A DNA stretch of 64,000 bases, taken from a virus. The first letter of the stretch is position 1. The number at the start of each line of letters is the position of its first letter. Where the stretch lies: the IMG/VR virus record IMGVR_UViG_3300008050_007409; one strand, given 5' to 3'. The notes below the pieces were generated by a model. The model did no database searches. It saw only the letters and a program-made list of their open reading frames with translations, and had not been told where the DNA came from. A program made the position numbers and the translations under genes. Positions 57,759 to 64,000 of this stretch are shown here, one piece after another.

Positions 57759-58814
57759 CTACGCCAGCATGAGCGCTCCGTAGATGCGCCTCCTCTGTGC
57801 CGGCGACATCTGGTCCAGGTGGCCCTTTCCGGTGAGATCCTCGGACATCGACATGAACGCCCCGGAGCCGGGGAGATGGCTATCAGATTCGATCCCCTTG
57901 GACTTGGCGAGTCTGTGGATCTGAGCCGGAGAGGGTCCGGAGCCCGGTCCCCGCTTCTCCACCCCAGCTCCTACAGCCATGCCAGCTCCAGGCATCATCA
58001 AGGCCAGCGTCAGCTTGCCCTTCTTGAAGTACTCGTGCCGGCCTCCGTCTCCCTTGATGCCGGCGGCCTCACGCTGCAGACGGGACGCCCTCTCCGACCC
58101 TCTCGAAGCTGGGAAGCCGCCCTTCGGGGCGATCTTCACAGAAGAGATCGGAGATGCTCGAACCTCCTCTCCTGGGAGCTCCTTGAAGCCTTTGGAGAGG
58201 ACCTGATCGATCTTCTTCGTCCGGTAGAAGTCTGCCTGCCAAGCCCCACGCTTCCTGGCCATGAGCTGGGCCTTCACCACCTTCGGGTCCTTCCTCATGT
58301 GGACGAAGACGTCGAAGCTACCGGGATCGGCTTCGGCGAGCATGTGGGTCTGCTCGTAGACTCCGGGCTTGACCTGCTTGCGTGAGAGGGTTGAGATCTG
58401 CTGCGCAGTCATGTTCGGCTTGTCGTAGTGGAAGACCCTCGTACCGGCTTGCTCCGCCAGGGCCTTGGCCGTGGTGCTCTTGCCCGTACCTCCGGTACCC
58501 GAGACTGCGATCCGAGACTTCTTCGGATCCACTCCTGCGTCCTTGAGCGCCTTCAAGATCCGGGCAGCCTCGTCCTTCGCTCCTTGAGGTAGGGGTCGAG
58601 CTGCATCCACCTTCCGAGAACCTCCCTTGCCGACTCCCTTGATCATGGCCCGGAGATTGGCCCGAGTGCCCGGAAGTCGACTGAGGCCCAGAGCCGTTCC
58701 CGCCGCGGCTCCGATGGCGACCCCTCTCCAGGGGAACTTCCGCCTCTTCCGAGAGGCTCCCAGCTTCTCGATCTCGTCCCAGAAGTAGGTCGCTGACGTG
58801 GTGGAGATGTTCAT
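57759..58814 (-). CDS. P-loop NMP-kinase-like protein with FxxExxKxG leader and glycine zippers
   Basis: Leader YFWDEIEKLG; GVAIGAAAGTALG; Walker A IAVSGTGGTGKST. Confidence 0.72.
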   Translation of the reverse strand: MNISTTSATYFWDEIEKLGASRKRRKFPWRGVAIGAAAGTALGLSRLPGTRANLRAMIKGVGKGGSRKVDAARPLPQGAKDEAARILKALKDAGVDPKKSRIAVSGTGGTGKSTTAKALAEQAGTRVFHYDKPNMTAQQISTLSRKQVKPGVYEQTHMLAEADPGSFDVFVHMRKDPKVVKAQLMARKRGAWQADFYRTKKIDQVLSKGFKELPGEEVRASPISSVKIAPKGGFPASRGSERASRLQREAAGIKGDGGRHEYFKKGKLTLALMMPGAGMAVGAGVEKRGPGSGPSPAQIHRLAKSKGIESDSHLPGSGAFMSMSEDLTGKGHLDQMSPAQRRRIYGALMLA

Positions 58815-59485
58815 CAGGACACCGTGACCGTGATGGTGGGGAGGGTGATCGTCGGGTGCTGGAGCCTCTCGATCACGTCGCCATCAGGCTCCTGGTACTC
58901 GTTGACCTCGTCGGTGTCGACCTCGGTGATCTCGATGGTGACGGTCCCGGCCTTGAGGGCGCGGAAGGACAGGTTGGCCACCTGCACCACCACCGTCTCG
59001 TCGCTGATCTCAATCTCCAAGGCCCCCTGCACGGAGCTCCCCGCCTCCTCGCCGTTGGAAAGGGTGGTCGTGATGTCCAGGGTGAACTGCTCCTCGACCT
59101 CGGCCTCATAGTCATCGCCGTCGTCGAACTCGATCTCGGTGATGTAGGGGAAGATGAGCGCCACCAGGTCGATGGAGCTCTCCTCTGGGACCACGACGGT
59201 TCGGACCAGGTCCGATTCCCTGCCTGGGATCTCGATCCTGACCGTAGCGCCCTGGTAGAGGTCGAACTCGACGTAGCCGTCGCCGTCCGACTTGGCGGTC
59301 TGGTGCTCGTTGAGGATCAGCGTGTTCGAGCTCACCGCTGCCGGGATGTGGATGTTCCGCACCGTGAGCTTCTCGCTCACCAGAGCGTCGCCGTGCAGGT
59401 CCTTCAAGTAGCCGGACACCCGACACATGTCTGCGTCGGGTTCGCCGCTGCCGGAGATCGCTGTGCCTGTGACCGTGTACCCCAT
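58814..59485 (-). CDS. Ig-like virion protein
   Basis: Beta-rich; KSDGDGYVEFDL and ISDETVV...RALKAGTVTI (Big-2-like). Confidence 0.62.
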   Translation of the reverse strand: MGYTVTGTAISGSGEPDADMCRVSGYLKDLHGDALVSEKLTVRNIHIPAAVSSNTLILNEHQTAKSDGDGYVEFDLYQGATVRIEIPGRESDLVRTVVVPEESSIDLVALIFPYITEIEFDDGDDYEAEVEEQFTLDITTTLSNGEEAGSSVQGALEIEISDETVVVQVANLSFRALKAGTVTIEITEVDTDEVNEYQEPDGDVIERLQHPTITLPTITVTVS

Positions 59486-60282
59486 CAGGATCCTCCTCGG
59501 GCCTTGCCTGTCCAGTAGGCCTGTCCAGGCCCGCTGACGTGTCGCTTCCCGTCTGGGGTGAAGCTGTAGGACACGTTGTCCTTCCCGAGGACCTCGGACA
59601 TCTGACCCTCTGCTGTCATCCTCGAGGGGACCTTCACCACGCGCTTCTCCCCGATGGGGACGTCGCGAGCCGCCTTCCCACCCCAGGGGACGTGCTTCCG
59701 GGCCTTCCTCGCCCTGTCCAGGTAGAGGTCGAAGCTGTGGGACTTCTTCTGGCTGCGCAGGCGCTCCAGGACGGCCTCGGCCTCCCTGTGGCCCTTCAGC
59801 GTCTGCTCCAGGTCGTGCGCTACCTGGAGCTGCTCTGTGGAGCGGCCAACGCCCTTGACCTGCCCCTGGGCCTCCCGCAACTGCTTGATCCTCGCCCCGG
59901 AGCCAGAGACGTTGGACTTCTGCTTCCGGATGGCGATGTCCAGGGGCTTGAAGATCCTCTGGAAGGCCTCTCGGCTGAGTCTGGCGTCCCTGGCGGTGAG
60001 ATGCTTGCGTCGGATCGCGGAGGCCCCCAGACTCAGCGCAGCGGCTCCAGATCCACCCATGACGGCTGCCTTGCCCAGGCGCTTGAGGAAGTCCTGCTTC
60101 TCGCTCTTGGAGAGGTCCCTGCCGTAGATCTGACCGTTCTGGAGCCAGTAGCGGGGCTCCTTCGTCTGGAAGGTCTTGGTGGCGAGGAAGCCTCCAGCGC
60201 CGCCCCCCACGACCAGGCCGGCCAGAGCTTCCAGAGCTCTGGCCTTGGCAGGCGTCATGGCGGCAGTCTTGATCTGAGGCAT
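59485..60282 (-). CDS. Basic protein with N-terminal KTAA and glycine-rich hydrophobic segments
   Basis: Starts MPQIKTAA; LAGLVVGGGAGGFLA. Confidence 0.68.
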   Translation of the reverse strand: MPQIKTAAMTPAKARALEALAGLVVGGGAGGFLATKTFQTKEPRYWLQNGQIYGRDLSKSEKQDFLKRLGKAAVMGGSGAAALSLGASAIRRKHLTARDARLSREAFQRIFKPLDIAIRKQKSNVSGSGARIKQLREAQGQVKGVGRSTEQLQVAHDLEQTLKGHREAEAVLERLRSQKKSHSFDLYLDRARKARKHVPWGGKAARDVPIGEKRVVKVPSRMTAEGQMSEVLGKDNVSYSFTPDGKRHVSGPGQAYWTGKARGGS

Positions 60283-61112
60283 CAGCTGATCGTCAGGGAG
60301 AGGCTGGAGGAGGTGAGGTACTCGCCCTCGTTGTCGGGATCATCCTTCTTTACCCGAACGGTAGCCGGTGAGTCCAGCTCCTCGGGCACGACGAAGATGA
60401 GCACCGTGCCGTCGTCGGAGACCGCCTCGGGCGTGACCTCCTCACCACCGATGGTGACGATGGGGTTGTCCCCGTTGAAGTACGAGCCCTTGATCGCCAC
60501 AGAGTCGCCTTCGGAGGCGGTGCTGGGGAGGAGCTCGGAGATGACCGGCGTGACGTTCTCCCAGGCCAGCACGACCACGCTGGTGGGGTTCTCCTCGGAG
60601 AAGTCGTAGCCGCTCTTGGAGAAGCGGGCGTAGTAGCTCCCGGTGGGCAGGTCGAAGGAGACCTCGCCCGACGAGTCCGTGAGCGCCTTGCCGACCAGGC
60701 CGGAGCCGGTGCTGGTGAGGAGCCGGACCAGGACGCCCTCGATGGGGTTCTCCGAAGCATCCTCCACCGTGATCTCCAGAGTGCCCTCAGCGCCGTAGAG
60801 GGTCTGCCCGATCAGGTCCTGGGACTCGTGAGCGACCTGCAGGTGGATCTCGTGGGTGTCGTTGTCCACCAGGCGGAGGTAGGTCAGGCCAACCTCCGAG
60901 GGGGTCACGACGAGCTCGTAGTACCCGGGGAGATCCGAGTCATCGACTTCGGCCAGGGTCAGCGAGAGGTCTGTCTCTGGGTCCGAGCTCAGGGCGCCAG
61001 CAACCGCGGCGGAGATGGTGAAGTCTCCGATCACCAAGCCGGTCGTGTCCGACGAATCGATGATGGGGATGCGGAGCTGCCGTCCCTTGACGGCCTGGTA
61101 GATGTTCGGCAT
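60282..61112 (-). CDS. Virion protein with prealbumin-like and IPT/TIG domains
   Basis: VEDASENPIEGVLV...TDSSG...LPTGSY...SKSGY; PVISELLPSTASEGDSVAIKGSYF. Confidence 0.72.
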   Translation of the reverse strand: MPNIYQAVKGRQLRIPIIDSSDTTGLVIGDFTISAAVAGALSSDPETDLSLTLAEVDDSDLPGYYELVVTPSEVGLTYLRLVDNDTHEIHLQVAHESQDLIGQTLYGAEGTLEITVEDASENPIEGVLVRLLTSTGSGLVGKALTDSSGEVSFDLPTGSYYARFSKSGYDFSEENPTSVVVLAWENVTPVISELLPSTASEGDSVAIKGSYFNGDNPIVTIGGEEVTPEAVSDDGTVLIFVVPEELDSPATVRVKKDDPDNEGEYLTSSSLSLTIS

Positions 61113-61115
61113 GGA

Positions 61116-61268
61116 TCAACCGGCCTTGACGACGGCGAAGGCATCCTTCTTGTCGCCCACGAGGGTGAGGAGGTTGGCCGAGGGCTGCTTGGGCAGGACC
61201 CCTCCGCCGTCCTGGTAGCTGTCGAGGGCTGAACCTCCGCCTGCGCTGCTTCCGCTGATCTGATCCAT
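61116..61268 (-). CDS. Small hypothetical protein (50 aa)
   Basis: ATG 61268 coupled to the upstream TGA; reads MDQISGSSAGGG... Confidence 0.5.
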   Translation of the reverse strand: MDQISGSSAGGGSALDSYQDGGGVLPKQPSANLLTLVGDKKDAFAVVKAG

Positions 61269-61468
61269 CAGACATCCACTCCCAACGTGGCGAGGTAGTC
61301 GTTGGCCTCGTCTATGGCCTGCTGGGTGGTGTTCTCGCTGGCCTCCGTCGACGCGGTCTTGATGCGCTGGAGCTGCTCGACCCGTGAGTCGACCTCGGCG
61401 CACTTGGCGTCGAAGACCTCCTTGACCGCGTCCTTGACCGCCTGAGCCTGAGTCGCCACGTCGCTCAT
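61268..61468 (-). CDS. Small coiled-coil protein
   Basis: 66-aa ORF coupled to the sigma gene. Confidence 0.6.
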   Translation of the reverse strand: MSDVATQAQAVKDAVKEVFDAKCAEVDSRVEQLQRIKTASTEASENTTQQAIDEANDYLATLGVDV

Positions 61469-62217
61469 GTCAGACCTCGCTTCTTCATCTTGTCGTCGAT
61501 GCTCTTGCGGAGCCGGCTCACCTTCGGGCCCGAGACGTTCATCCGCCTGGCGATATCCTTGGCCGGGAGCTTGGGCTTGCCGTTGACGCCCAGGGTGTAC
61601 TCGTAGACCACGCGCTCCTGCATGGTCAGATCATGGTAGATGTAGCGCAGGATGTCCCGCTCCTCGCTCTCGAACAACGAGGGAAGCTGATCAGGCTCCG
61701 GCGTCATGGAGGCGATCCGGTCCTGGCGGAGCTCGGTCTCCATGCGACCCACCTCGGCCACGCTCCAGGTGTACTTCGGGTTGTGGGCCTGCAGCGCCTC
61801 CGACAGGGTTACAGCGTCCGGAGGATGGCCGAGCTGTTCGGTCAGATCCGCCCTGACTTCCTTGAAGGGGGTGATCTGGAGGGCACGGCCTTCGGGGATC
61901 CGCCCGAAGTTCTGGTGCTCGATGGTGAAGGACCGGAGCTTGCGCAGCTGCCAGTTCACCCAGGTGCGCACTCCGGCGCCCTTCTCGTTGTCCGGGTCGT
62001 AGGTCTGGAGACCCTTGAGGGCCAGCATCCGACCCTTGGATCGAAGCGCCTGCTCCGGGACCACGAAGTTCTTGGTCTTCGAGAACTCGCTGACCTTCCA
62101 GTCGACGTCCGGCTCGAACTCCTTCAGGAGAGGCTCGAGGTTCGCCTCCGTCGGATCTGCTTGCCAGGTCTTCCAGAGTTCGAGCTGCCTCTCCGCATCT
62201 GGATTGCGGCGAGCCAT
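61465..62217 (-). CDS. Sigma-70 family RNA polymerase sigma factor
   Basis: Region 2: GRMLALKGLQTYDP..G..TWVNWQL...RIP. Region 3: LTEQLGHPP. Region 4 HTH: LTMQERVV...DIARRMNVSGPKVSRL. Confidence 0.85.
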   Translation of the reverse strand: MARRNPDAERQLELWKTWQADPTEANLEPLLKEFEPDVDWKVSEFSKTKNFVVPEQALRSKGRMLALKGLQTYDPDNEKGAGVRTWVNWQLRKLRSFTIEHQNFGRIPEGRALQITPFKEVRADLTEQLGHPPDAVTLSEALQAHNPKYTWSVAEVGRMETELRQDRIASMTPEPDQLPSLFESEERDILRYIYHDLTMQERVVYEYTLGVNGKPKLPAKDIARRMNVSGPKVSRLRKSIDDKMKKRGLT

Positions 62218-62220
62218 TGA

Positions 62221-62763
62221 TCAGTACCCCGGACCGCTGCTTCCGCCACCGTAGCCCTGCTTCTTGTTCTTCTGGATGTCGTAGACGCGCTTCCCACCGA
62301 CAGCGGCTCCCGTGAGGCCGAGGCCGGCGGCGGTGCCGATGGCTACACGGCGGAGGGTGGAGGATCCGCCCTTCTTGTTGGTGGTGTTGGGGAGATCCAC
62401 ATGGGTGGGCGACTTCCGAGCGGGCTTCCCTTCCAGGATCCGGAGGGCGGAGTCCTGGTTCCCCCGTCCGGTACGGATCGCCTTCTTGGCCGCATCCCTC
62501 TCCACCTGGATCTGGGCCGTGGCCTTGCTGCGGGCCGCCTTCGCTCTGAGCCTGGATGCGTCAGCCATTCGGTGATCATCCGTGAAGGGCATGAACTTCT
62601 TCCACCCTCCCCAGCCAGTCGCGTTCCCTACTCGTTGGTGTTGCTTGGCGGCTCTGTTCGCCTGGGAAACCAGGCGATGTGCCTGACGGCTGTAGGCGAT
62701 CTTCTCCATCTCGGTCCAGAAGGCCTGGGCGATGGCGCGTCCGCGGGTGTCGAAGCTGTTCAT
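62221..62763 (-). CDS. Basic protein with FxxExxKxA leader and C-terminal glycine zipper
   Basis: AFWTEMEKIAY; VAIGTAAGLGLTGAAVGG. Confidence 0.72.
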   Translation of the reverse strand: MNSFDTRGRAIAQAFWTEMEKIAYSRQAHRLVSQANRAAKQHQRVGNATGWGGWKKFMPFTDDHRMADASRLRAKAARSKATAQIQVERDAAKKAIRTGRGNQDSALRILEGKPARKSPTHVDLPNTTNKKGGSSTLRRVAIGTAAGLGLTGAAVGGKRVYDIQKNKKQGYGGGSSGPGY

Positions 62764-62769
62764 GTTGAT

Positions 62770-63915
62770 CTACCTGTAGACGACGGTGGTTTTGTTGCCA
62801 GCTGCCAGACCAGCGCCGCCTGCCAGCATGGTGCCGGCACCGCCCATCGCCCCCATGACGTTGGTGCGCTGATGCCTATTGAGGCCTCCCCACCACATCC
62901 CCATACGGGACTGACCCTGCTGCATGGGACCTTGGATGGGGGCTCCTCCCAACCCGAAATGGCGCTGGGCCCACGGCTGCTCTGCGGCGACTGGCGGTGC
63001 TCCTGTCGGAGCAACAGGACGACCTGCGGTTGCAGCGGGGTTGACCGGCTGAGCCGGCGCTCCCCCAACCACCGGCTGAGTAGCCGTGGGGGTCGGAGTC
63101 GGCTGAGCTGCCGTGGTGGGGGCAGCCGCGGGCTTGGCTGCGGCCTGCCTGCGAGCGAGCTCGGCTTCGATCTTCTTCTTCCGATCTGCCTTCCGCTGAC
63201 TCTTGGTCATCTGAGGCTTCTTGGGAGTGGCAGCCTGCGTAGGGGCGGGAGCAGTAGGACGTGCGGCAGTAGGAGTGCCGACGACCTTGGGCTGACTCAG
63301 GGCAGCCGATGCCGGTCCACGTGATCGGTCGGCGAGCGCAACGGATGCCGGACCCTTCCGCGCTCCGGCCTGGGCTCCCCCGGGAACCTGGACCCGTGCT
63401 CCAGGTCCGGGACCGGACGGAGGCTTCGGCATCTCGATACGAGCGCGAGGGGTACTGGACAGCGGAGCGGGCTTGGCACCGGTGAGGTCGATGGTGGGCT
63501 TCCGAATCTTGCTGGGGCTCACCCCGCGGTAGGCCGACTGGAACTGAACAGAGGCGTTGTCAGCGACAGCCCGAGCTTTGTTCTGCACGGTTCGCTTGGC
63601 TCGGCCGGCCGCGGCCTGGGCACTGCGTCCGAGGTTCTGAGCACTGCGTCCGGCACCAACCACACCAGTTCCGAGGCCTTCGAGTCCAGCGGCAGCTCCA
63701 CGACCTACGGCCCGGCCTCCTCGCGCCAGGTGGCCGAGTCCTCTGGCTACAGTACCTACGAAGGCGATCTTCTCGATCTCATCGTTGAAGGAGGCCACGG
63801 CGAGGTACTCGTTGGCCCCTGCGCGTGCCAACGCCTCGTCAGCAGCCCGGCGGAAGGATGCTGCGGATCCTCGGTGGTCCTGCGCGATCTTGTTCAGGGC
63901 TGAGGCGTGGGTCAT
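62770..63915 (-). CDS. Pro/Ala-rich basic protein with FxxExxKxA motif and C-terminal glycine zipper
   Basis: LNKIAQ near the start and SFNDEIEKIAF at about aa 43-52; MGAMGGAGTMLAGGAGLAAG at the end. Confidence 0.72.
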   Translation of the reverse strand: MTHASALNKIAQDHRGSAASFRRAADEALARAGANEYLAVASFNDEIEKIAFVGTVARGLGHLARGGRAVGRGAAAGLEGLGTGVVGAGRSAQNLGRSAQAAAGRAKRTVQNKARAVADNASVQFQSAYRGVSPSKIRKPTIDLTGAKPAPLSSTPRARIEMPKPPSGPGPGARVQVPGGAQAGARKGPASVALADRSRGPASAALSQPKVVGTPTAARPTAPAPTQAATPKKPQMTKSQRKADRKKKIEAELARRQAAAKPAAAPTTAAQPTPTPTATQPVVGGAPAQPVNPAATAGRPVAPTGAPPVAAEQPWAQRHFGLGGAPIQGPMQQGQSRMGMWWGGLNRHQRTNVMGAMGGAGTMLAGGAGLAAGNKTTVVYR

Positions 63916-64000
63916 GATCTCATCCTATCCGATGGGGGCGTACCCTTCTCGCGGGTAGGCCTCGATCGAAGGATCTTAGCCGCGAGGGCACCTGTAGCGA
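63912..64000 (-). CDS. 3' end of a CDS entering from beyond the window
   Basis: Open frame ATGALAAKILRSRPTREKG...MRS*, whose TGA overlaps the next ATG. Confidence 0.4.
   Translation of the reverse strand, partial: ATGALAAKILRSRPTREKGTPPSDRMRS

Noticed and set aside
1-64000. Stop-codon reassignment, inteins, introns, tRNA/rRNA genes, integrase or transposase
   Set aside because: Genes are intact and tightly coupled under the standard code, with both TAG and TGA as stops. No intein-sized insertions in polymerase, helicase, RecA or RNAP. No cloverleaf or mobile-element signature was noticed by eye; tRNAscan was not run.

Overview
High-GC fragment of a large tailed dsDNA bacteriophage, probably a jumbo myophage; no host housekeeping genes were seen. 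Three blocks are present. (1) 1-21.4 kb, mainly minus strand: terminase large subunit (truncated at the window edge), head-associated proteins, a gp5/VgrG-like baseplate spike, a 2060-aa single-chain beta-beta' RNA polymerase and a portal protein. (2) 21.5-39.2 kb, plus strand: replication and recombination genes (RHH and XRE regulators, SF2 helicase, family-4 UDG-like protein, DnaB-like helicase, DnaG-type primase, SSB-like protein, family A DNA polymerase, RecA, two resolvase-like nucleases, a tandem Cas4-like nuclease, a UvsY-like protein). (3) 39.3-64 kb, mainly minus strand: tail fibre and baseplate genes, a sigma-70 family factor and more small basic proteins. The strongest unexplained signal is a family of at least 7 otherwise unrelated, basic, often glycine-zipper-bearing proteins. 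They share a short N-terminal motif, F-x-x-E-[LMI]-x-K-[IVL]-[AG], and include a HEXXH peptidase and a P-loop kinase-like protein. Two larger proteins are studded with internal K-x-A sites. I infer this is a virion cargo-loading or maturation signal. Other signals: candidate phage promoters (GYATAAGAG; leaderless TAnnnT-N6/7-ATG starts), structured leaders covering ribosome-binding sites, and a beta-repeat shared across tail proteins. All functional calls come from motif recognition by eye, with no database searches. Major capsid, sheath, tube and tape-measure genes were not recognised in this window.
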